Shown: positions 29,096-38,369 of the stretch, in pieces
Position numbering within the stretch: position 1 is the first letter of the stretch
How the letters are laid out: every line of letters begins with the position of its first letter
Origin: Vulcanimicrobiaceae bacterium
GTDB taxonomy: Bacteria > Vulcanimicrobiota > Vulcanimicrobiia > Vulcanimicrobiales > Vulcanimicrobiaceae
Direction of reading: 5' to 3'
Length of the DNA stretch: 64,000 nt
Assembly: GCA_035650875.1 (NCBI GenBank)
Contig: DASRGU010000013.1
Location: forward strand, 14,495-78,494
Notes under the pieces: generated by a model
What the model was told of the DNA's origin: nothing
What the model saw: the letters and a program-made list of their open reading frames with translations, nothing else
The model's database searches: none
Translations under genes and position numbers: made by a program

Positions 29096-30157
29096 CTATC
29101 GCACCAGACGCAGCGACGGCGCGAGACCGGCGATCGACGAGAGCGCGTTGGTGCTCATGACGTACGCGATCGTCGATTCGGCGCCCATGTTCGGGTTCAG
29201 GCCGTGCGCGTCGAGCCCGTCGCAGCAGCCACCGTCGCGCGCGAGCTCGACGCCCAGGCTGTTGTGCCCGAGGTACCACGCGTGCGCGACCTCGGCGGCG
29301 CCGCGCCAGCGCACGTCGCGGGTGAGCGCGTACGCCGCCAGCGAAGCGTCCACCATCGCCGCCGCCTCGAGCGGCTGCTGCGCGAAGCGCGCTTTCGTCC
29401 CGCCGCGCGGATACCAGCCGGCGCTTCCGACCGGAGCGAAGACGCCCCGCTCGATCGTCGTCGCCGCGAGAAACTCCAGCATGCGCAGGCCCTTCTCGAC
29501 GTAGCGCGCGTCGGTCAGGGTCTGTCCGGCGCGCAGCAGCGCTTCGGGCAGGCGGCCGAGGTCGTAGGTCATCACGTCCTCGCACCAGGCCCAATCGGGC
29601 GTCGCGTGCGCGTCGTACGCCGCGGCGATGGGGGCGGCGAGCGCGTCGATGGCCGCGCGGACGGCGTCCTCGTCGTCGGGGCGCGTTGCGGCGACGTGGA
29701 CGAGGCCGAGCACGGCGTACGCGTTCGACCGCAGGTAGCGCAACGCGGGCAGAATCGGCATCGAGCCGCGGCGCAGCCGCGACGCGACGGCGCGCCAGCT
29801 CGTGCGCGGGGCGTGGCGCTCGGCGTAGCCGAGGCCCCAGATCGCGCGGCCCACCGCGTCGGGCGTGCCGCGGTCGTCCTGCCAGCGCCGGTCGTAGCTC
29901 ATGAACCCGTGGAACCAGCCGCCGGGGAGCTGCGCGTCGTGCAGAAACGCGAGGTACGTGCTGACGAGCCGCGCCGCATCCGCCTCTGCGACCGGCTGCG
30001 CGCCCGCGTCGCACGCGACGATCAGCGCGCGGCCGACGTCGTCGGTGCAGTAGCCGCACGAGCGATTCGGGACGTCGAGAACGGCGTGCTGCACCACCCC
30101 GACGTCGTCGGTGAGCGTCATGAGATGGTCGATGCCCGACCAGCGGAGCGAACGCAT
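29096..30157 (-). CDS. GT4-associated (alpha/alpha)6 glycosidase-like protein
   Basis: GVVQHA..GYCTDDVGRAL, MTYDLGRLPEAL, QQPLEA, GCCDGL..NMGAEST; domain usually adjacent or fused to this GT4 subfamily. Confidence 0.75.
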   Translation of the reverse strand: MRSLRWSGIDHLMTLTDDVGVVQHAVLDVPNRSCGYCTDDVGRALIVACDAGAQPVAEADAARLVSTYLAFLHDAQLPGGWFHGFMSYDRRWQDDRGTPDAVGRAIWGLGYAERHAPRTSWRAVASRLRRGSMPILPALRYLRSNAYAVLGLVHVAATRPDDEDAVRAAIDALAAPIAAAYDAHATPDWAWCEDVMTYDLGRLPEALLRAGQTLTDARYVEKGLRMLEFLAATTIERGVFAPVGSAGWYPRGGTKARFAQQPLEAAAMVDASLAAYALTRDVRWRGAAEVAHAWYLGHNSLGVELARDGGCCDGLDAHGLNPNMGAESTIAYVMSTNALSSIAGLAPSLRLVR

Positions 30158-30171
30158 CGCGGACGCGCCGG

Positions 30172-31359
30172 TCAGGCCGGCGTGGCGAGCGCCTCGCGTC
30201 CGTGCGCGGGAAGCATGTCGGCGAAGACGGTGCCGTACGCATTCGCGACGTGCGGCCAGGTCATGCGCCGTCCGAACTTGTACGCGCGGCGCTCCGTCGC
30301 TTCGCGTAAGCCGGGATCGTCGAGGAGTGCGACGAGGGTCGTCGCGATCGCGGACGCGTCGCGGAACGGCACGAGGAAACCGCGCCCGTTCGCCAGCAGC
30401 TCTTCCGCGTACAGATATTCGGTCGAGACGACGGCCTTGCCGCAGCCGACCGCGTACGCGAGGGTGCCGCTCACGATCTGCCGCGGATTCAGGTACGGCG
30501 TGAGGTAGACGTCGGTCGCGGCGAGATAGCCGACGACTTCGTCGAACGACAGGTACTTGTCGACGAGGACGACGTTGTCGGAGAGACCGTTCGCCGCGAT
30601 CTCCGCCTCGAGCGCGCGGCGGTACGACTCGCCCTCGTTGCGGCGCACGACCGGGTGCGTCTGACCGAGGATCATGTAGAGCGCCTCGGGATGCGACTCG
30701 ACGACGGCCTGCATCGCTTCGATCGCGTACTCGAGCCCTTTGCCGCGGCTGATGAGCCCGAAGGTCGAGATGGTCATGCGATCGCCCAGACCGAGACGCC
30801 GCTTCGCTTCGCGCGTGTCGGTGAACGGCACGTCCGGGACGCCGTGGTGGATCACGCGGACTTTGTTCGGATCGACGCCGTACCGGTCGACGAGGATCTG
30901 GCGGCCGGTCTCGGAGAGCACGACGATCGCGCTCGACGTCGCGCACAGCGCGCGCGCGACGCGCAGATGCTGCGGCGACGGATCCGGCAGGACCGTATGC
31001 AGCGAGGTGATGACCGGTTTGCGCACGCCGGCGATGAGATCGACGATGCGCTCGCCGTCGTCGCCGCCGAAGAGACCGTACTCGTGCTGGATGTTGAGCG
31101 CGTCGCACGGCCACGCGTTCACGAGCTCGGCGACGCGCTGATACGACGCGTGATCGTTCTGCGACAAGCGCGCGACGACGCGGCTCGGGTAGACGCGGCC
31201 TCCGCCGCCCGGCTCGTCGATCGCGACGACGGAGCTGAAGGAACCGTACGCGGCGTCGTAGCTGTCGACGACGTCCTTCATGAACGTCGCGATCCCGCAT
31301 TCGCGTGGCGGGAACGATCCCAGAAACAGCATCCGAGGCGCTTGGCTGGTCAACGTCAT
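30172..31359 (-). CDS. Glycosyltransferase family 4
   Basis: SFPPRECGIATF, IQHEYGLFG, FGLISRGKGLEY, TPYLNPRQIVSGTLAYA. Confidence 0.92.
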   Translation of the reverse strand: MTLTSQAPRMLFLGSFPPRECGIATFMKDVVDSYDAAYGSFSSVVAIDEPGGGGRVYPSRVVARLSQNDHASYQRVAELVNAWPCDALNIQHEYGLFGGDDGERIVDLIAGVRKPVITSLHTVLPDPSPQHLRVARALCATSSAIVVLSETGRQILVDRYGVDPNKVRVIHHGVPDVPFTDTREAKRRLGLGDRMTISTFGLISRGKGLEYAIEAMQAVVESHPEALYMILGQTHPVVRRNEGESYRRALEAEIAANGLSDNVVLVDKYLSFDEVVGYLAATDVYLTPYLNPRQIVSGTLAYAVGCGKAVVSTEYLYAEELLANGRGFLVPFRDASAIATTLVALLDDPGLREATERRAYKFGRRMTWPHVANAYGTVFADMLPAHGREALATPA

Positions 31360-31723
31360 CCCCTTGTGGCGGCGCGGCGCGAAAGCGCCGAGCGACGTCT
31401 TCCGCGAGAGAGATAACCGAAAGGAATCACCTCTCTAGGAACACGGTCGCTTGTGCCTTGCGTTTCGTACCCCGACAACGCGCAGCGTTAACCGACGCTT
31501 GCCGTGTCGCGGACTCGGTCGCTCGGCGAGGCGAGCGTGTTCGTAATGCGCGCGCGTGAGCGCGGCGCGGTCGGACGTGCGCGTGCGAGCTGGCGCGCAC
31601 GGGACAGGGCGCGTACGAGTGGGCAGCGCGCGTCGACCGCGATCTGAACAGGGCGCACCGTACGGCGAGCCCGGCGTGCTCAGGGCGAGCGGGGCACGCG
31701 CTCCGTGAGCGGCCTAGCGCGCC

Positions 31724-32791
31724 CTATTGCTGGACGGCGATGCGAGCGTTTTCTTCGACGGCGGCGCCGGGGGCGATCGAGGCACCGTGGCCGATCACTG
31801 CTCCGTGCCCGACGCGTGCGCCGGCGCCCACGTGCGCCCGGCTCGCCACGATCGCGCATGCAAGATGCGCGCCGGCGTCCACCGTGACGTCGTCCCACAG
31901 GACGGAGTTCACGACCGTGGCGCCCGCCGCGACGGTGCAGCCGTCGCCGAGCACGCTGTACGGGCCGATGACCGCGGCCGGATCGATGCGGCAGCCGCGG
32001 CCGACGAAGACCGGCGGCCGAACCGCCGAGGCGGGGATGGTTTCCCGGCCGGGCCCGTCGACCTCGGGGGTGAGCCCGAGCGGCATCGCGCCGTCGAAGA
32101 TGTCGCGGTGCGCGGCGAGGTAGGCCTCCGGCTTGCCGAGATCGATCCAGTAGTCGTCGGTCGTGAACGCATAGAGCGGGCGCTCGCCCGCGATGAGCAG
32201 CGGAAAGGTCTCCCGCTCGATGGACACCGGGCGGCCGGCGGGGATCCGGTCGAGGACCTCACGTTCGAGCAGGTACGTCCCGGCGTTCACCTCGTCGGTC
32301 GGCGCTTCGTCGCGGGGCGGCTTCTCGACGAAGCGGCGAACGCGGCCCTGCTCGTCGTGGACCACGCAGCCGAAGGCGCTCGGGTCCTCGGCGCGGATGA
32401 GGTGCAGCGTCCCGATCCCGCCCTTCCGGCGGTGATACTCGAGCATCGCGCGCAGGTCGAGCGACGTCAGGACGTCGCCGTTGAGCACGAAGAACGGGCC
32501 GTCGATGTACCGTTCGACGTTCTTCAATGCGCCGGCCGTGCCGAGCGGCGTCTCTTCGATGACGAAGCGGAGGCGCAGACCCAGCGCGGAGCCGTCGCCG
32601 AAGTACGAGGTGATCGCCTCCGGGAGATAGCCGGCAGGCAGGATGACGTCGTCGATCCCCGCGTCCTTCAAACGGCGCAGCGTCCGCTCGAGGAACGGCA
32701 TGTTCATCACCGGGACCATGGGCTTCGGCGTCTCCAGAGTCAACGGCCGAAGCCGCGTCCCCTCACCGCCGACGAGAACGACAGCCTGCAC
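31724..32791 (-). CDS. NDP-sugar synthase (mannose-1-phosphate guanylyltransferase-like), second paralog
   Basis: VLVGGEGTRLRPLT..PKPM, PLGTAGA, NGDVLT, WIDLGKP, hexapeptide tail. Confidence 0.9.
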   Translation of the reverse strand: MQAVVLVGGEGTRLRPLTLETPKPMVPVMNMPFLERTLRRLKDAGIDDVILPAGYLPEAITSYFGDGSALGLRLRFVIEETPLGTAGALKNVERYIDGPFFVLNGDVLTSLDLRAMLEYHRRKGGIGTLHLIRAEDPSAFGCVVHDEQGRVRRFVEKPPRDEAPTDEVNAGTYLLEREVLDRIPAGRPVSIERETFPLLIAGERPLYAFTTDDYWIDLGKPEAYLAAHRDIFDGAMPLGLTPEVDGPGRETIPASAVRPPVFVGRGCRIDPAAVIGPYSVLGDGCTVAAGATVVNSVLWDDVTVDAGAHLACAIVASRAHVGAGARVGHGAVIGHGASIAPGAAVEENARIAVQQ

Positions 32792-32916
32792 GACGAAGCG
32801 TCTATCGGGCTTCGCCGCCACGGGGCCTGCCGAGTAGGCGCACCGACCCGAACACCCGTTTGCCGTGCCGTCGTGAAGGTCAGACTGTTGGCACACCGCT
32901 CTGCGACGATGACGGC

Positions 32917-33483
32917 ATGCGGGGGAGCAAGGGAGCTCGGTACGACTGGAACGAGGTGCAGCGGTTCCACGATCGCGGACACGGACGAGACGCGTGCGTC
33001 GAACAGTTCGGCTTTACGATCGGCGCCTGGTACAAGGCGATCCGGTTTCGCCGTTTGCGCGCGCCGCTTCAGCGACCGTCGGTCGATTGGGCTGCCGTTC
33101 AGGTGTACTACGATGGCGGGCACACGTACCGCGAATGCCGGGCTCGATTCGGCTTCGCCGCAGCCTCGTGGACGAAGGCCGTTCGCAGAGGCGCGCTCCG
33201 CGCTAGGCGTAACCGCTGGCCGCTGATGAAGGTCTTGGGACAAGCCAAGAACCGCCGCACCGTCAAACAACACCTCTTCGCTGCCGGCCTTCTCGAAAAC
33301 GTCTGTTCGGTATGCGGATTGTCCGAGTGGCAGGGGAAGCCGCTCGTGATTCAGCTGGACCACATTAACGGCGTGAGGAACGACCACCGGCTGGAGAACT
33401 TGCGCATGCTGTGCCCGAACTGTCACAGTCAAACCGACACATTTGCAGCGAGGAATAAGGCTCGGCGCGTACGAACCTTCTGA
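32917..33483 (+). CDS. HNH endonuclease with tandem N-terminal repeats
   Basis: CSVCG..LDHINGVRNDHRLENLRMLCPNCH; two DWxxVQxxxDxGH repeats. Confidence 0.9.
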   Translation: MRGSKGARYDWNEVQRFHDRGHGRDACVEQFGFTIGAWYKAIRFRRLRAPLQRPSVDWAAVQVYYDGGHTYRECRARFGFAAASWTKAVRRGALRARRNRWPLMKVLGQAKNRRTVKQHLFAAGLLENVCSVCGLSEWQGKPLVIQLDHINGVRNDHRLENLRMLCPNCHSQTDTFAARNKARRVRTF

Positions 33484-33489
33484 CGCCGA

Positions 33490-33563
33490 TCCCGGTTGAT
33501 GTAACGGCAACATGCCTCGCTCTGGACGAGGTCATCGAGGTTCGAATCCTTGACCGGGAGCCA
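33490..33563 (+). tRNA. tRNA-Gln (CUG)
   Basis: TCCCGGT/ACCGGGA acceptor stem, CCTCG-ctCTGga-CGAGG anticodon arm, GGTTCGAATCC, encoded CCA. Confidence 0.95.
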
Positions 33564-33564
33564 C

Positions 33565-33640
33565 GGCCCTATCGTCTAGAGGCCTAGGACGCCGCCCTCT
33601 CACGGCGGTAACACGGGTTCGAATCCCGTTGGGGCTACCA
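33565..33640 (+). tRNA. tRNA-Glu (CUC)
   Basis: GGCCCTA/TGGGGCT acceptor stem, CCGCC-ctCTCac-GGCGG anticodon arm, GGTTCGAATCC, encoded CCA. Confidence 0.95.
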
Positions 33641-33641
33641 C

Positions 33642-33668
33642 GAAAACCGCGCTACGGCGCGGTTTTTC
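33642..33668 (+). terminator. Intrinsic terminator after tRNA-Glu
   Basis: AAAACCGCGC-TACG-GCGCGGTTTTT hairpin with U-tract. Confidence 0.85.
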
Positions 33669-33932
33669 GTCACCTCTCGTTCGTGGTTCTACCCATTGTC
33701 TATCTCATTCGTAGACGCGATGCTCGGCGAGCGCGCGCCCGCACTTGGCAAGAGGATCGCGCGGCTTCCCTGCCGAGCGGGGCCCAATGCGCCGGCGGAG
33801 GTTGCTGCCGCGTCCTTCGCGCGAAATCTGCTTCACGATTCCATCCCTGCGTTTTCGCGGCGCGATGGGAGCACCACGTTGGCCGCTTGCTCCGCGGCGT
33901 TGCGGAGCGTGCTGTGCGAGGTGCCCTTCTGT

Positions 33933-34619
33933 TTACGCAACGTCTTGCATCGATGCGATCGCTGCGGCAAAGGCCGCGGGCCGCAGGATGCCGACGCCGT
34001 GCGGAGCGTTCGGCTCGACGATCACTCGTCCCGCGACGGCTGCGCGCGCAAAGCGCGCCGCACTCCAGACGATTGGTACGTCCCAGCCCCCGACGATGAA
34101 GGTGATCGGGACACGAATTGCGCGAACGTCGGCGAGCACGTCGTGGCCGATCAGCGCCCGCGTCGTGACGTTGCGCATCGCCGGCGCGGGCCCGCGCGCT
34201 TCGATCGCGCACGCGACGTCCGGTTCGCATACGCGGTCGATCGGCGCCCGCACGGCACCCGGCGGGATCACCATGCCGGGGATGAGAGAGATGCGGGCAA
34301 CGGCCCCGGCCAGCCCGCGCATTGCAAACGTACAACTTCCGGCGACCACTCCGGCGATGGAATCTCCGAGTTGCGCTGCGGCAGCCAACACCAGGTACCC
34401 GCCGAGCGAATCGCCGACCAGGACGGTGGACGGCCCCGCTTTGCGCGCGGCAGCAACGATGCCGCCGACGGCGGACGCGAAATCAAACGGCTCATCGCGG
34501 CGCACGCCGTGCCCGGGTAAGTCATCGGCAATCACCCGGACGGAGTCCGGTAATATCCGCTCGAGCGGCATCCATGTCGCGCCGTTTACGGCCGCGCCGT
34601 GGACGGCGATTACTCGCAC
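33933..34619 (-). CDS. Alpha/beta hydrolase
   Basis: VHGAAVNGATW, DLPGHG, GDSLGG nucleophile elbow. Confidence 0.85.
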   Translation of the reverse strand: MRVIAVHGAAVNGATWMPLERILPDSVRVIADDLPGHGVRRDEPFDFASAVGGIVAAARKAGPSTVLVGDSLGGYLVLAAAAQLGDSIAGVVAGSCTFAMRGLAGAVARISLIPGMVIPPGAVRAPIDRVCEPDVACAIEARGPAPAMRNVTTRALIGHDVLADVRAIRVPITFIVGGWDVPIVWSAARFARAAVAGRVIVEPNAPHGVGILRPAAFAAAIASMQDVA

Positions 34620-34623
34620 CGTA

Positions 34624-35235
34624 TTAGCGGCGCGGTAGGAGCACCAAGTCGGCCGCCGCCTCAGCGTCTTTGAGGAGCGTCCTTCGCGAGACGCCCATTT
34701 GCGCACGCATCGTCAGACCGCGCGCAAGGTCGAGCACCTGGCTTGCGCGTGCGGCGACCGGAAAGTCCGATGGGATCTCTCCCGCGCTGATCCCACTTTG
34801 GAAACGGCGCTCGACGAGCGCCACGGCGCCGACGGCGGCGTTGCGGACGAACTGCCGGACCTCTGCGTCATCCACCAGCGGCGCGACGCACATGAGAAGG
34901 CACCCCGAGGCGCTTCCTTTCTCGGTCGCGCTCGTGACGTTGAACCTCAGAAATCCTGCGAGCGAGTCGCGCAGAGTCGCCGGCGCCAGGAGCGCGTGTG
35001 CAGCGAGAGCGCCTTTCGTCTCGGCGTACGCCTTGAGAACACGCAGAAAAATCGTCCGCTTGTCCCCGAAGATGGAGTACAGGCTCGGCCGTCCCACGCC
35101 CATTCCGTCGACGAGATCGTCGATCGTTACGCCGTCATAGCCTTTCAGCCAGAACACCTGGGTCGCTTTTTCAAGCGCGGCGTTCTCATCGAAGCTGCGG
35201 GGGCGTCCACGCGGCCTCACCGACTTTTGAATCAT
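34624..35235 (-). CDS. TetR/AcrR family regulator
   Basis: RPRGRPRSFDENAALEKATQVFWLKGYDG. Confidence 0.92.
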   Translation of the reverse strand: MIQKSVRPRGRPRSFDENAALEKATQVFWLKGYDGVTIDDLVDGMGVGRPSLYSIFGDKRTIFLRVLKAYAETKGALAAHALLAPATLRDSLAGFLRFNVTSATEKGSASGCLLMCVAPLVDDAEVRQFVRNAAVGAVALVERRFQSGISAGEIPSDFPVAARASQVLDLARGLTMRAQMGVSRRTLLKDAEAAADLVLLPRR

Positions 35236-35360
35236 TTCGTTCTAAAATCCTTGCACTCGGCCATCCAATCCATTATAGTACGGAAAAGTTCGAAATTGAC
35301 AAGCTGACCGCACTTGCGGGCCTTCCGGTCCGAACCCAACTTCTGCACCACGGAGCACAC

Positions 35361-36353
35361 ATGAACGACTCGACCGCGCTCATCACCGGCGCCACTTCCG
35401 GGCTCGGGCGTGCGGCTGCCGGCTTACTTGCCGCCGAGGGCTACCGCGAGGTCATCGTCACCGGGCGCAGTCTGCCGCGGATACGACAAACCGTCGTCGA
35501 GCTCGCCGCTCGGACCAAGGCGGACGTCTTCACGCCGCTCGTGCTGGATCTCGACTCGCCGTCCAGCGTTCAGTCCGCCCTCGACGAACTGGTCCAGCGG
35601 GCTCGGCCGATCGACTTCCTCCTGCTCAATGCCGGGCTGGTCCCTGGCAAGGCGCGCGTCATCACGGCGGCGGGCGTCGAGGCGGCTCAGGCCCCGCTGA
35701 TCGGCCATCATCAGCTCACTGTCGGTTTGCTCCGCGCCAACCTGCTGAGCCCCAACGCGCGCATCGTTATCGCGGGGGCGGAGCCTGCCCGCGGGGGCGT
35801 GCCGATGTTCAAGTACACCGACGTGCCTGCGTTCGCCGCAAAGTACTTCCGTGGTGACCGAGCCGCCGCCATCGAAGCCCTGATTCGCAACGGCCCGAAC
35901 GTGAAGTACGTCGCCAACACGACGTATGCCGACGCGAAACTCATCATCGCTTGGTGGGTCGCGGAACTGGCGCGCCGGCTGCCCTCCGGCATGGCCGTGT
36001 ATGCTGTCTCGCCCGGTGCCGCAACCGACACTCAGGCGGTGCGAAACGTCAGCCCGGCGTTGAGATATCTGTTTATCCCGCTTGTAAACCTCATTCCCGG
36101 AATGAACCAGACGCCGGAGACAGCGGCTCGCCGGTACCTCCAAGCATTGCAGTTCGGAACCGATGTCTCTGGGCAATTCTTCGCCTCGGCTCAAGGAAAG
36201 TTCACCGGGCCGGTGGAGGCGCAGCGCCAGCCGCACCTCCACGATCGCGCCAGCCAAGAAGCCGCGTGGCGGGCCGTCGTCAAGGTCGCCGGCGTCGACT
36301 ACTCTCGTCCGTCCTTGAGCGCGGTGCCGTCAAGGGACGGTGGTCACAGCTGA
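35361..36353 (+). CDS. SDR family oxidoreductase (WWOX/retinol dehydrogenase-like)
   Basis: TGATSGLG, LLNAG, YADAK; divergent from TetR. Confidence 0.85.
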   Translation: MNDSTALITGATSGLGRAAAGLLAAEGYREVIVTGRSLPRIRQTVVELAARTKADVFTPLVLDLDSPSSVQSALDELVQRARPIDFLLLNAGLVPGKARVITAAGVEAAQAPLIGHHQLTVGLLRANLLSPNARIVIAGAEPARGGVPMFKYTDVPAFAAKYFRGDRAAAIEALIRNGPNVKYVANTTYADAKLIIAWWVAELARRLPSGMAVYAVSPGAATDTQAVRNVSPALRYLFIPLVNLIPGMNQTPETAARRYLQALQFGTDVSGQFFASAQGKFTGPVEAQRQPHLHDRASQEAAWRAVVKVAGVDYSRPSLSAVPSRDGGHS

Positions 36354-36559
36354 CGTCATTCCGGCGCCACACAACCTAGATGCGAAGGGGACAATTCGAC
36401 CGCACTCATTTCCGACCGAGCCGCGGTGCGTTGCGTGGGACGGGCTTCGTCGCTAGGCGTGTGCGGCCGGCGTAATGGAAATCATGTCACCGGGCCCACG
36501 AGATCGCCGAAGGCCCAGGGCGCAGCCGGCACCGTCTCTTACGGGCGTGTTGTTGCTCG

Positions 36560-36904
36560 TCAGCCGCCGTACCGATGTTTGTAGCCTTGCGGCTCGTTCG
36601 CCGCGAAGACAAGGCGTCCGTCGATGGAGCAATCGACGCGCCGGCAGACGACTTCATAGTACGGCCCGAGGTCGAAGAAGATCGCATAGTGCTGGACGCC
36701 GAGCGGATCGTCGCCATGCTTCCGGATCCACCTCGTGCATTCACGCAGCAACGGACTGGAGTCCCACCTGACCAGCGTGTCGTACGCGGCTCGAATCGGG
36801 GTGAAGTTCAAGGACGGCCGATACGTGCACTTGTACACTTCGACGTCGCCAAAGACGATCTCGATGCTGCCGATCGCATCGTCGGGGCGGCGATAGTACT
36901 CCAT
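36560..36904 (-). CDS. Hypothetical protein
   Basis: Globular-looking ORF MEYYRRPDD...HYAIFFDLGPYYEVVCR; start uncertain. Confidence 0.5.
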   Translation of the reverse strand: MEYYRRPDDAIGSIEIVFGDVEVYKCTYRPSLNFTPIRAAYDTLVRWDSSPLLRECTRWIRKHGDDPLGVQHYAIFFDLGPYYEVVCRRVDCSIDGRLVFAANEPQGYKHRYGG

Positions 36905-37114
36905 CGATAGACGCCGGTCTTGGAAGCGCGGTCCGTCTGCGAGCGAAGTTGATGGCACCGGCAACGCCGAGAGAATCGTAGGCGGACGCGACAACAGCAT
37001 CTTCAGCGGCCCTTTGCCCTTCCCGACGACCGTCCTGCGCGCAGGCCGGCATATCGCGGAGTTGCGACTCTCGACCCCGTTCGACGCCGTCGAACAAGGC
37101 GGGTGACCTCTACT

Positions 37115-37133
37115 GAGAGGTGATTATCAATAG
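37115..37133. promoter_or_regulatory. Possible Fur-family box
   Basis: Reverse strand CTATTGATAATCACCTCTC contains the TTGATAATCA core. Confidence 0.35.
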
Positions 37134-37205
37134 CTGGCCGAATGGACCTGGGCCAGCGATTGGGAGAGCCATGTCCATCACACGTTATGCCGGCACGTCA
37201 GCGCC

Positions 37206-37559
37206 GTGAGCGAATTTCGGGTCATCGTCGGGCTTCGCCTCGACCGCGCGGAGTACTATCTCGGCTTCGACGCGACCGGACCCGGCAACGCCGACTATCG
37301 GACCGTGCGCGGGATGCTCTCGGACCACCTCGCGGAGCTCGAATCCCAGGCGAAGGCGCTGCGCTCGGTCCTCGCCACAGCGGATCCCGAGGCCGCTGAG
37401 CGGCTCCTTCAAGACGGCGTGCACGTTCAGGTTTCGGAAGTGGTGCTGCGGCCGCGCGTATCGTCGGCGGAGTTTCTGCCTCGCCTGCGGGAAGTCGCCG
37501 GTGACCGCGCATCGCTCGACGCGCCGCCCGCCGACGACACGAGCACATTGGGCCCGTAG
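37206..37559 (+). CDS. Hypothetical protein
   Basis: 117-aa ORF with host-like codon usage. Confidence 0.55.
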   Translation: MSEFRVIVGLRLDRAEYYLGFDATGPGNADYRTVRGMLSDHLAELESQAKALRSVLATADPEAAERLLQDGVHVQVSEVVLRPRVSSAEFLPRLREVAGDRASLDAPPADDTSTLGP

Positions 37560-37567
37560 GCGGCTCC

Positions 37568-38026
37568 TCAGCGGCCGTTCGTCCGTGCGGGCGAGCGTGC
37601 GCGGCGTTTCCGCCCGCACTCCGCGCACGTGCCGTAGATCGTGACGTCGTGGCTGGTCGCGCGGAAGCCGCGGGGCAGCGATCCCTTCACCTCGGTCGAG
37701 CAGTTGTCGATCTCGAAGACGCGTTCGCAATCGCTGCACAGGAAGTGGTGGTGGTGCGCTTTGTCCGCGCGCTCGTACATCACGACCCGGCCCGGCAGTT
37801 CGACCGTCTGCAGCAGCCCGTCATCGAGCAGCGCGCGCAGCGATCGGTAGACCGTTGCCATCCCGAGCCCCGCGCTGGCCGCCTGCGCCTGCTCGAGGAT
37901 ATCCTCGGCCGACAGCGGTTGCGTCGCCCGTTCGAATACGTCGCGGATGGCTCGCTTCTGCCGAGTATCACGCACCGCCGGAGGCATCGTCATCCCGCCC
38001 GCTTCGACGGCCCCGTACGTGGACAC
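37568..38026 (-). CDS. Fur family regulator (Zur/Fur-like)
   Basis: TRQKRAI, GMATVYRSL, HHHHFLCSDC, HDVTIYGTCAEC. Confidence 0.92.
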   Translation of the reverse strand: MSTYGAVEAGGMTMPPAVRDTRQKRAIRDVFERATQPLSAEDILEQAQAASAGLGMATVYRSLRALLDDGLLQTVELPGRVVMYERADKAHHHHFLCSDCERVFEIDNCSTEVKGSLPRGFRATSHDVTIYGTCAECGRKRRARSPARTNGR

Positions 38027-38096
38027 CGCTCGGCCCGCGTATCACCCCGTCGCGCCGAACCGCCCGCGGGGTCGTTCCCGCGGGCGGTCGCTCGAC

Positions 38097-38300
38097 TTAC
38101 GCGGCCAACGTCATCACGAGCAGTGTGCCGCCGGCGATGACGATGAAGTCCGGTCCGCCGAGATCGAGCGCGCGCTGCGCGCGACCTCGGCGTCCGAGCG
38201 AGCTCGCACCGGCAACGGCACGGCGCGAGGCCCGTGCGGCGCCCGCGATCGCGATCAGCGTGCAGCTCATCCCGGCGGCGATGGCGAGCAGCATCCCCAC
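38097..38300 (-). CDS. Small putative membrane protein
   Basis: AGGAG SD; two hydrophobic segments. Confidence 0.3.
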   Translation of the reverse strand: MGMLLAIAAGMSCTLIAIAGAARASRRAVAGASSLGRRGRAQRALDLGGPDFIVIAGGTLLVMTLAA

Positions 38301-38336
38301 TCCTGCCAGCAGAATGCCGTTGCCGAGCGGAGGACA

Positions 38337-38369
38337 ATTATCGATACTTGAGAATCATTTATCGATAAT
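38337..38369. promoter_or_regulatory. Fur/Zur-type operator upstream of the ABC substrate-binding gene
   Basis: Perfect 10-bp inverted repeat ATTATCGATA-13-TATCGATAAT enclosing TTGAGAATCATT; AT-rich island in GC-rich DNA. Confidence 0.65.
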
